Assembly: GCA_012295275.1 (NCBI GenBank)
Contig: CM022665.1
Location: 39,804,001 to 39,868,000, forward strand
Direction: 5' to 3'
Length of the DNA stretch: 64,000 bases
Source of the DNA: Chrysomallon squamiferum
Lineage: Eukaryota > Animalia > Mollusca
Both the position numbers and the translations under genes were made by a program. Numbering within the stretch: position 1 is the first letter of the stretch; each line of letters begins with the position of its first letter. The notes beneath the pieces were generated by a model. The model saw only the letters and a program-made list of their open reading frames with translations. It made no database searches and was not told the DNA's origin. Shown here piece by piece: positions 27,905-40,507 of the stretch.

Positions 27905-28894
27905 CTGCATCTCACTTGAAGAGATGCAGATGCTTATGAAACAAATAGAAGGTGCATAAAACATCCAGATGAAAGCAGTCTGACCTTGACACAATTTCAA
28001 AAGCTTGAAGAAACATACTTTTGGACTGGGATCCCCATCTAAGTTTTCGATGATGAAAAAAACCAAAAAACAATTTAAAAAAAAATAAAAAAAATGTAAG
28101 AAAATGTTTGTCAATGGTTAACCATCAGACATAAATGTAATCATTTTAGCCTATTAATATACAGTTAATAATAATAGTTACAAAACTAACTGAATTTAAT
28201 CGGAAAATGTATTAATGTGAAATAAATAAATAAGAAAACAGAAAAAGTGAATGTGCCAAAAAGCTTCCAACACAAGGCATTTTTGGTTGCCACAAGCCAT
28301 GACAAGGGTACAATTATTTCATACAACATGAGAATGAATATTCTTTTTTATTTCTTGATATTGAGGAATGAGGAAAAAAAAAAAAAAAAAAATACATGGC
28401 ACCTTACAAATTAAATTAATTATTAATATTATACACAATAGATATATGATTTTACAGGAGTTTAGTCATTAATTAATTTTATCAAATGTTAAAGATACTG
28501 TTGATGTTGCAGCGTATTTTAAAGGCAAAAATAAATAAATAATAAAAGAGAATGCATATTAAGTTAAAAAAGAATAAAAAAGATTATCAACAAAAAACAT
28601 TAATTTTTACTTTTAGGCAACATACACCAACAGCTGAACACTGAAAATGTAAATTTAACCATCTTACAAAATGCCGAGTGTGTACCAAATTCTGAGTGGG
28701 AGACACTGAAACATGCCATTGTGACAATGGAATATCTTTTGCAACACTGTTCAACCTAAAAGACCCAGAGGAAAGCAGCTCGATCTTGAGACAATGTCAA
28801 AACCCTGCGCAAAATATATTTTTTGTGTTGATGAGAACTTACAGCATAATTTATTTGAGCTATGGGATCCCCATCTAAATGTTCAATGATGAGG

Positions 28895-28925
<31 letters not shown>

Positions 28926-29581
28926 TTAAATTTAAGAAAATGTTTGTCAATGGTTAAATATCAGAAATAAATGTAATTATTTTAGCCTATTAATAATACA
29001 GTTACAAAACTGACTAACTGAATTTAATCGGAAAATGTATTAATGTAAAATAAACAAATTTATAAAATACATTTTGACACAACCAGTATTTAAATATATT
29101 AGAATAAAAATGTCTATTTAAAAAGAACCATTAATAATAACAACATTAATAATATCAGTAATAATCATAGCAAAATAATTTATTTTTATTTTTGATTGTA
29201 GAAAGAAAGAATGGGGTAAAAGAAAACAAAAAAGTTAATGAGCCAAAAAACTTACAACACTGGGCATTTTTAGTTGCCACAAGCTGTGACAAGGGTACAA
29301 TTATTTCATACAACATGAGAATGAACATTCTTTTTTATTTCTTGGTATTGAGGAATAAGAAAAATAAACATTTACTCTGTGAGTGTTCAAAGTGTACCTT
29401 AAAAACTAAATATGTGGCACCTTACAAATTAAATTAATTATTAATATTATACGCAAAGATATATGATTTTACAGCAATTTGGTCATTAATTAATTTTATC
29501 AAATGTTAAAGATACTGTTGGTGTTGCAGCATACAAAAAAAAAAAAAATAATAATAATAATAATAATAAAAAAAAGAATAA

Positions 29582-29613
<32 letters not shown>

Positions 29614-30670
29614 GAAAGAATATCAACAAAAACCATATTTAATTTTTACTTTTAGGCTACATACACCAACAGCTGAACCCTGAAAATGTGTATTTAACCA
29701 TCTAACAAAATTCTGAGTGGAAGAGACTGAATCATGCCATTGTGTCAATGGAACATCTTCTGCAAGACTGTTCAACCTAAAAAAACCCAGAGGAAAGCAG
29801 TCTGAACTTCAGACAATGTGAAAACCATGAAGATAATATATTTTTTCGGTTCATGAGAACTTACAGCAGAATTTATATGAGCTACTGGGATCCCCATCTA
29901 AGTGTTCAATGATGAAGAAAAACGACAACAAGATGATAATGAAACAAATAGAAGAGAAGTTCAAGAGATGTTGCCTGCCTGAGAACAGATCACTGTAGAT
30001 ATAAACCATCATATGTATACAAAATTCTGCAGGAGCGGTCTGCATAAAACATCTAGATGAAAGCAGTCTGACCTTGATGCAATGCAAAAGGTTGAAAAAC
30101 TTGCTATTCTGGGATCGCCACCTAAGTGTTCGATGATGAGGAAAAATATTTAAAAAAATAATAATAATAAAAAATAATAATAAAAAAATAATATAAAAAT
30201 GTAAGAAAATATTTGTCAGTGGTTAAATATCAGAAATAAATGTGATTATTTTAGCCTATTAAAATTGATAATAATACTGTCAGTTACAAAACTGACTTAC
30301 TGAATTTAATCAGAAAATGTATTAATGTGAAATAAATAAATAAGAAAACAAAAAAAGTGAATGAGCCAAAAAGCTTCCAACACAAGGCATTTTTTGTTGC
30401 CACAAGTCATGACAAGGGTACAATTATTTCATACAACATGAGAATGAATATTCTTTTTTATTTCTTGGTATTGAGGAACAAGAAGAAAAAAAAAAAAAAA
30501 TTACTGTGAGTGTTCAAAGTGTACCTTAAAAACTAAATATGTTGCAGCTTACAAATTAAATTAATCATTAACATTATACGCAACAGATATATGATTTTAC
30601 AGCAATTTGGTAATTAATTAATTTTATCAAATGTTAAAGATACTGTTGATGTTGCAGCATATTCTAAAGA

Positions 30671-30712
<42 letters not shown>

Positions 30713-32452
30713 AAAAAAAAAAAAAAAAAAAAGATTATCAACAAAAAACATTAGTTTTTACTTTTAGGCAACATACACCAACAGCTGAACACTGAAAATG
30801 TGAATTTAACCATCTTACACAATTCTGAGTATGTACCAAATTCTGAGTGGGAGACAATGGGATATCTTTTGCAACACTGTTCAACCTAAAAGACCCAGAG
30901 GAAAGCAGCTCGATCTCGACACAATGTCAAAACCCTGCTCAAATTATATTTTGGGGGTTTATGAGAATTTACAGCAGAATTTACTTGAGCTACTGGGATC
31001 CCCACCTAAGTGTTCAATGATTAAGAAAAACAACAACAAGATGATAATGAAACAAATAGAAGAGAAGACCAAGACATATTGCCTGCCTGAGAACAGATCA
31101 CTGTAGATATAAACCATCATATGTATACAAAATTCTACAGGAGCAGTCTGCATAAAACATCTAGATGAAAGCAGTCTGACCTTGATGCAATGCAAAAGGT
31201 TGAAAAACTTGCTATTCTGGGATCCCCACCTAAGTGTTCAATGATGAGGAAAAACGACAACAACAAGATGATAATGAAACAAATAGAAGAGAAGATCAAT
31301 AGATGTTGCCTGCCTGAGAACAGATCACTGTAGATATAAACCATCATATGTATACAAAATTCTGAGTGGAACATCTTCTGCAGGAGCGGTCTGCATAAAA
31401 CATCCAGATGAAAGCAGTCTGACCTTGTCGAAATGCCAACAGATGAAGGAAATATTATTGCGGGATCCCCACTTAAGTGTTCAATGATGAGGAAAAACGA
31501 CAACAACAAGATGATAATGAAACAAATAAAGAGAAGTTCAAGAGATGTTGCCTGCCTGAGAACAGATCACATGTATACAAAATTCTGCAGGAGCGGTCTG
31601 CATAAAACATCCAGATGAAAGCAGTCTGACCTTGTCGAAATGCGAACAGATGCAGGGGTTGATATTGTGGAATCCCCACCTAAGTGTTCAATGATGAGGA
31701 AAAACGACAACAACAAGATGATAATGAAACACATAAAGAGAAGATCAAGAGATATTGCCTGCCTGAGAACAGATCACTGTAGATATAAACCATCACATGT
31801 ATACAAAATTCTGCAGGAGCGGTCTGCATAAAACATCTAGATGAAAGCAGTCTGACCTTCATGCAATGCAAAAGGTTGAAAAACTTGCTATTCTGGGATC
31901 TCCACCTAAGTGTTCAATGATGAGGAAAAATATTTTAAAAAATAATAATAAATAATAATAAAAAAATAATATAAAAATGTAAGTAAATATTTCTCAGTGG
32001 TTAAATATCAGAAATAAATGTGATTATTTTAGCCTATTAAAATACAATTAATAATAATACTGTCAGTTATAAAACTGACTTACTGAATTTAATTAGAAAA
32101 TGTATTAATGTGAAATAAAGAAGAAAACAAAAAAAGTGAATGAGCCAAAAAGCTTCCAACACAAGGCATTTTTGGTTGCCACAAGTCATGACAAGGGTAC
32201 AATTATTTCATACAACATGAGAATGAATATTCTTTTTTATTTCTTGGTATTGAGGAACAAGAAGAAAAAAAAAAAAAAATGTACTCTGTGAGTGTTCAAA
32301 GTGTACCTTAAAAACTAAATATGTGGCAACTTACAAATTAAATTAATCATTAATATTATACGCAACAGATATATGATTTTACAGCAATTTGGTAATTAAT
32401 TAATTTTATCAAATGTTAAAGATACTGTTGATCTTGCAGCATATTCTAAAGA

Positions 32453-32487
<35 letters not shown>

Positions 32488-34020
32488 TAAGTTAAAAAAA
32501 ATAAAAAAAAAAAAGATTATCAACAAAAAACATTAGTTTTTACTTTTAGGCAACATACACCAACAGCTGAACACTGAAAATGTGAATTTAACCATCTTAC
32601 ACAATTCTGAGTGTGTACCAAATTCTGAGTGGGAGACAATGGGATATCTTTTGCAACACTGTTCAACCTAAAAGACCCAGAGGAAAGCAGCTCGATCTCG
32701 ACACAATGTCAAAACCCTGCTCAAATTATATTTTGGGGGTTTATGAGAATTTACAGCAGAATTTACTTGAGCTATTGGGATCCCCACCTAAGTGTTCAAT
32801 GATTAAGAAAAACAACAACAACAACAAGATGATAATGAAACAAATAGAAGAGAAGACCAAGAGATATTGCCTGCCTGAGAACAGATCACTGTAGATATAA
32901 ACCATCATATGTATACAAAATTCTACAGGAGCGGTCTGCATAAAACATCTAGATGAAAGCAGTCTGACCTTGATGCAATGCAAAAGGTTGAAAAACTTGC
33001 TATTCTGGGATCCCCACCTAAGTGTTCAAGGATGAGGAAAAACGACAACAACAAGATGATAATGAAACAAATAGAAGAGAAGATCAAGAGATGTTGCCTG
33101 CCTGAGAACAGATCACTATAGATATAAACCATCACATGTATACAAAATTCTGCAGGAGCGGTCTGCATAAAACATCCAGATGAAAGCAGCCTGACCTTGA
33201 CGAAATGCCAGTAGTTGCAGGGATTATTATTGCGGGATCCCCACCTAAGTGTTCAATGATTAAGAAAAACGACAACAACAAGATGATAATGAAACAAATA
33301 GAAGAGAAGATCAAGAGATGTTGCCTGCCTGAGAACAGATCACTGTAGATATAAACCATCATATGTATACAAAATTCTGCAGGAGCGGTCTGCATAAAAC
33401 ATCTAGATGAAAGCAGTCTGACCTTCATGCAATGCAAAAGGTTGAAAAACTTGCTATTCTGGGATCGCCACCTAAGTGTTCGATGAGGAAAAATATTTTA
33501 AAAAATAATAATAATAAATAATAATAAAAATTTAATATAAAAATGTAAGTAAATATTTGTCAGTGGTTAAATATCAGAAATAAATGTGATTATTTTAGCC
33601 TATTAAAATAAAATTAATAATAATACTGTCAGTTATAAAACTGACTTACTGAATTTAATCAGAAAATGTATTAATGTGAAATAAATAAATAAGAAAACAA
33701 AAAAAGTGAATGAGCCAAAAAGCTTCCAACACAAGGCATTTTTGGTTGCCACAAGCCATGACAAGGGTACAATTATTTCATACAACATGAGAATGAATAT
33801 TCTTTTTTATTTCTTGGTATTGAGGAACAAGAAAAAAAAAAAAAAAATGTACTCTGTGAGTGTTCAAAGTGTACCTTAAAAACTAAATATGTGGCAACTT
33901 ACAAATTAAATTAATCATTAATATTATACGCAACAGATATATGATTTTACAGCAATTTGGTAATTAATTAATTTTATCAAATGTTAAAGATACTGTTGAT
34001 CTTGCAGCATATTCTAAAGA

Positions 34021-34055
<35 letters not shown>

Positions 34056-37000
34056 TAAGTAAAAAAAAATAAAAAAAGATTATCAACAAAAAACATTAGT
34101 TTTTACCTTTAGGCAACATACACCAACAGCTGAACACTGAAAATGTGAATTTAACCATCTTACACAATTCTGAGTGTGTACCAAATTTTGAGTGGGAGAC
34201 AATGGGATATCTTTTGCAACACTGTTCAACCTAAAAGACCCAGAGGAAAGCAGCTCGATCTCGACACAATGTCAAAACCCTGCTCAAATTATATTTTGGG
34301 GGTTTATGAGAATTTACAGCAGAATTTACTTGAGCTACTGGGATCCCCACCTAAGTGTTCAATGATTAAGAAAAACAACAACAACAACAAGATGATAATG
34401 AAACAAATAGAAGAGAAGACCAAGACATATTGCCTGCCTGAGAACAGATCACTGTAGATATAAACCATCATATGTATACAAAATTCTACAGGAGCGGTCT
34501 GCATAAAACATCTAGATGAAAGCAGTCTGACCTTGATGCAATGCAAAAGGTTGAAAAACTTGCTATTCTGGGATCCCCACCTAAGTGTTCAATGATGAGG
34601 AAAAACGACAACAACAAGATGATAATGAAACAAATAGAAGAGAAGATCAAGAGATGTTGCCTGCCTGAGAACAGATCACTGTAGATATAAACCATCATAT
34701 GTATACAAAATTCTGAGTGGAACATCTTCTGCAGGAGCGGTCTGCATAAAACATCCAGATGAAAGCAGTCTGACCTTGTCGAAATGCCAACAGATGAAGG
34801 AAATATTATTGCGGTATCCCCACTTAAGTGTTCAATGATGAGGAAAAACGACAACAACAAGATGATAATGAAACAAATAAAGAGAAGTTCAAGAGATGTT
34901 GCCTGCCTGAGAACAGATCACATGTATACAAAATTCTGCAGGAGCGGTCTGCATAAAACATCCAGATGAAAGCAGTCTGACCTTGTCGAAATGCGAACAG
35001 ATGCAGGAAATATTATTGCGGGATCCCCACCTAAGTGTTCAATGATGAGGAAAAACGACAACAACAAGATGTTAATGAAACACATAAAGAGAAGATCAAG
35101 AGATATTGCCTGCCTGAGAACAGATCACTGTAGATATAAACCATCACATGTATACAAAATTCTGCAGGAGCGGTCTGCATAAAACATCTAGATGAAAGCA
35201 GTCTGACCTTCATGCAATGCAAAAGGTTGAAAAACTTGCTATTCTGGGATCTCCACCTAAGTGTTCAATGATGAGGAAAAACGACAACAAGATGATAATG
35301 AAACAAATAAAGAGAAGTTCAAGAGATGTTGCCTGCCTGAGAACAGATCACATGTATACAAAATTCTGCAGGAGCTGCCTGCATAAAACATCCAGATGAA
35401 AGCAGTCTGACCTTGTCGAAATGCGAACAGATGCAGGAAATATTATTGCGGGATCCCCACCTAAGTGTTCAATGATGAGGAAAAACGACAACAACAAGAT
35501 GATAATGAAACAAATAAAGAGAAGTTCAAGAGATGTTGCCTGCCTGAGAACAGATCACATGTATACAAAATTCTGCAGGAGCGGTCTGCATAAAACATCC
35601 AGATGAAAGCAGTCTGACCTTGTCGAAATGCGAACAGATGCAAGGGTTAATATTGTGGAATCCCCACCTAAGTGTTCAATGATGAGGAAAAACGACAACA
35701 ACAAGATGATAATGAAACACATAAAGAGAAGTTCAAGAGATGTTGCCTGCCTGAGAACAGATCACTGTAGATATAAACCATCATATGTATACAAAATTCT
35801 GCAGGAGCGGTCTGCATAAAACATCTAGATGAAAGCAGTCTGACCTTCATGCAATGCAAAAGGTTGAAAAACTTGCTATTCTGGGATCCCCACCTAAGTG
35901 TTCGATGATGAGGAAAAATATTTTAAAAAATAATAATAAAAAAAAATAATAATAAAAAAATAATATAAAAATGTAAGAAAATATTTGTCAGTGGTTAAAT
36001 ATCAGAAATAAATGTGATTATTTTAGCCTATTAAAATTGATAATAATACTGTCAGTTACAAAACTGACTTACTGAATTTAATTAGAAAATGTATTAATGT
36101 GAAATAAATAAATAAGAAAACTAAAAAAGTGAACGAGCCAAAAAGCTTCCAACATAAGGCATTTTTGGTTGCCACAAGTCATGAAAAGGGTACAATTATT
36201 TCATACAACATGAGAATGAATATTCTTTTTTATTTCTTGGTATTGAGGAACAAGAAGAAAAAAAAAAAAAATTTACTGTGAGTGTTCAAAGTGTACCTTA
36301 AAAACTAAATATGTTGCAGCTTACAAATTAAATTAATCATTAACATTATACGCAACAGATATATGATTTTACAGCAATTTGGTAATTAATTAATTTTATC
36401 AAATGTTAAAGATACTGTTGATCTTGCAGCATATTCTAAAAGGAAAAAAAAAAAAAAAAAAAAAAAAAAAATGAATATTAAGTTAAAAAAAATAAAAAAA
36501 AGATTATCAACAAAAAACATTAGTTTTTACTTTTTTAGGCAACATACACCAACAGCTGAACACTGAAAATGTGAATATCTTTTGCAACACTGTTCAACCT
36601 AAAAGACCCAGAGGAAAGCAGCTCGATCTCGAGATACTGTCAAAACCCTGCTCAAATTATATTTTTGGGGTTTATGAGAATTTACAGGAGAATTTACTTG
36701 AGGTACTGGGATCCCCATCTAAGTGTTCAATGATTAAGAAAAACAACAACAACAACAAGATGATAATGAAACAAATAGAAGAGAAGACCAAGAGATATTG
36801 CCTGCCTGAGAACAGATCACTGTAGATATAAACCATCATATGTATACAAAATTCTGAGTGGAACATCTTCTGCAGGAGCGGTCTGCATAAAACATCTAGA
36901 TGAAAGCAGTCTGACCTTGATGCAATACAAAAGGTTGAAAAACTTGCTATTCTGGGATCCCCACCTAAGTGTTATACGCAACAGATATATGATTTTACAG

Positions 37001-40000
37001 CAATTTGGTCATTAATTAATTTTATCAAATGTTAAAGATACTGTTGGTGTTGCAGCATACAAAAAAAAAAAAATAATAATAATAATAATAACAAAAAAGA
37101 ATAATAAATTTAAAAAAAAAAAAAAAAAAAAACAGAAAGAATATCAACAAAAACCATATTTACTTTTTACTTTTAGGCTACATACACCAACAGCTGAACC
37201 CTGAAAATGTGTATTTAACCATCTAACAAAATTCTGAGTGGAAGAGACTGAATCATGCCATTGTGTCAATGGAACATCTTCTGCAAGACTGTTCAACCTA
37301 AAAAAACCCAGAGGAAAGCAGTCTGAACTTCAGACAATGTGAAAACCATGAAGATATTATATTTTTTCGGTTCATGAGAACTTACAGCAGAATTTATATG
37401 AGCTACTGGGATCCCCATCTAAGTGTTCAATGATGAAGAAAAACGACAACAACAAGATGATAATGAAACAAATAGAAGAGAAGTTCAAGTGATGTTGCCT
37501 GCCTGAGAACAGATCACTGTAGATATAAACCATCATATGTATACAAAATTCTGCAGGAGCGGTCTGCATAAAACATCTAGATGAAAGCAGTCTGACCTTG
37601 ATGCAATGCAAAAGGTTGAAAAACTTGCTATTCTGGGATCGCCACCTAAGTGTTCGATGATGAGGAAAAATATTTAAAAAAATAATAATAATAAATAATA
37701 ATAATAAATAATAATAAAAAAATAATATAAAAATGTAAGTAAATATTTGTCAGTGGTTAAATATCAGAAATAAATGTGATTATTTCAGCCTATTAAAATA
37801 CAATTAATAATAATACTGTCAGTTATAAAACTGACTCACTGAATTTAATTAGAAAATGTATTGATGTGAAATAAAGAAGAAAACAAAAAAAGTGAACGAG
37901 CCAAAAAACTTCCAACACTAGGCATTTTTAGTTTCGTCATTAATTAATTTTATCAAATGTTAAGGATACTGTTGATGTTGCAGCATATTTTAAAGGCAAA
38001 AAAAAAAAAAAAAAAAAAAAAAATATTAAGTAAAAAAAAAAGTATTAACAAAAATTAGTTTTTACTTTTAGGCACTATACACCAACAGCTGAACACTGAA
38101 AATGTAAATTTAACCATCTTACAAAATGCCGAGTGTGTACCAAATTCTGAGTGGGAGACACTGAAACATGCCATTGTGACAATGGAATATCTTTTGCAAC
38201 ACTGTTCAACCTAAAAGACCCAGAGGAAAGCAGCTCGATCTTGAGACAATGTCAAAACCCTGCTCAAATTATATTTTTGGGGTTCATGAGAATTTACAGG
38301 AGAATTTACTTGAAGTGTGGGATCCCCATCTAAATGTTCAATGATGAAGAAAAACAAAAACAACAACAAAAAAAAAAAAAAAAAAAAAAATGAAAAATTA
38401 AAAAAAATGAAATTTAAGAAAATGTTTGTCAATGGTTAAATATCAGAACTAAATGTAATTATTTTATCCTATTAATAGACAATTAATAATACTGTCATAC
38501 AAAATTGACTTACTGAATTTAATCAGAAAATATATTAATGTGAAATTCATGAAATACATTACTTTTACATAACCAGTATTTAAAAGTATTAGAATACAAA
38601 TTTCTATTTTAGAAACAACCATTAATAAAAACAATATTAATAATATTAGTAATAATCATAGGAAAATAATTTATTTCATCAAAGTATTTTATATTTTTGA
38701 GTACAGAAAGAAAGAATGCAGTAAAAGTAAGAAAACAAAAAATGAATGTGCCAAAAAGCTTCCAACACAGGGCATTTTTGGTTGCCACAAGCAAATTATT
38801 TCATACAACACGAGAATGAATATCATCTTTTTTATTGCTGGGTTTTGAAAAGTAAGAAAAATAAAGATTTACTCTGTGAGTGTTCACAGTATATTTTAAA
38901 AACTAAATACATGGTACCTTACAAATTAAATTAATTAATATTGTACTTTACAGATATGATTTTGCAGCAGTTTCGAATTAATTAATTTCGTCAATATGTT
39001 AAAGATACTGCTGATCTTGCTGCGTACATCAAAGTAAAAAAAAAGAAAAAAGAATCAACGAATTTTTTTTATATATATATATGTGTATATATATATATAT
39101 TTTTAAATTTACACATGGAGTGTAGTGATATTTAATCCAATTATAAATCTTAATCTATTCTTATTTAATAACTACATGTACATGATTTAAAGTTTTAAAG
39201 TTTTTTCTTCAAAATTGGAATTTGTTTGGTTTTCCCAATACACAGATAAAGTGTTGATCAAGCAGCCAAGGAAGAAACCACAAATGGATGTGTGTGGATA
39301 CAAATTCAATCCATAGTCAAATAAAGGAATCGGATGTCTGTTTGAACAGGTAAAGATGTCTCTCAATTAACATTATACAAATATACAGGAGAGTGGTCAT
39401 CTTTTCATATGATCTCTCTCTGCATTCTAGGCCTCAAAAAGGAAAGACATCAGTGATCTGGATAATGATGTTGCTGCACTGAGCTGTGCCACTGAAGAAA
39501 TTATACAGTGAATGCCATCAAAATGCAGTGTTTCAGGAAACGAGGAATTAGATGTACTAGCAAAAACAGAAGAAAGTGAAACAGTCCAGGAGGTGCTGCA
39601 TATCTCACTTCAAGAGATGCAGATGCTTATGAAACAAATTACTTGTATACAAAATTGTGAGTGGGAGACACTGGAAACTTTTCTGCAGGAGCGGTCTGCA
39701 TAAAACATCTAGATGAAAGCAGTCTGACCTTGGCACAATGTCAAAAGCTTGAAAAACATACTTTTGGACTGAGATCCCCATGTAAGTGTTTGATGATGAA
39801 AAAAAAAAAAAAAAAAAAAAAAAAATTTAAGAAAATGTTTGTCAATGTTTAAATATCAGAAATAAATGTAATTATTTTAGGCTATTAAAATACAATTAAT
39901 AATAATACTGTCAGTTACAAAACTGACTGAATTTAATCAGAAAACGTATTAATGTAAAATAAACACATTTATAAAATACATTTTGACACAACCAGTATTT

Positions 40001-40470
40001 AAATATATTAGAATAAAAATGTCTATTTAAAAAGAACCATTAATAATAACAACATTAATAATATCAGTAATAATCATAGCAAAATAATTTATTTTTATTT
40101 TTGATTGTAGAAAGAAAGAATGGGGTAAAAGAAAACAAAAAAGTGAATGGGCCAAAGAGCTTCCAAGACTGGGTATTTTTGGTTGCCACAAGCTGTGACA
40201 TGGGTACAATTATTTCATACAACATGAGAATGAAGATTTGTTGTTTTTTTTCTTGGAATTGAGGAATAAGAAAAATAAAGATTTACTCTGTGAGTGTTCA
40301 CAGTGTATTTTAAAAACAAAATACATGGTACCTTACAAATTAAATTAATTAATATTGTACTTTACAGATATGGTTTTGCAGCAGTTTCGAATTAATTAAT
40401 TTTGTCAAATGTTAAAGATACTGTTGATTTTGCTGCATATTTTAAAGGCAAAAGGAAATAAAAAAGGAAT

Positions 40471-40507
<37 letters not shown>

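Noticed and set aside
31160-31230. Hammerhead or other self-cleaving ribozyme in the repeat (GATGAAAG, CTGA, short stems)
   Set aside because: The CTGANGA...GAAA core with three flanking stems could not be assembled.
31219-31461. Selenoprotein or readthrough reading of the B subunit frame (FNDEEKRQQQDDNETNRREDQ...) with in-frame TGA codons
   Set aside because: The same frame also contains TAA, shifts between subunits, and no SECIS was recognised.
29887-37635. CRISPR-like reading of constant repeats with 34-nt variable segments
   Set aside because: The variable segments are homologous to each other, the constant part is ~190 nt, there are no cas genes, and the context is a spliceosomal animal genome.
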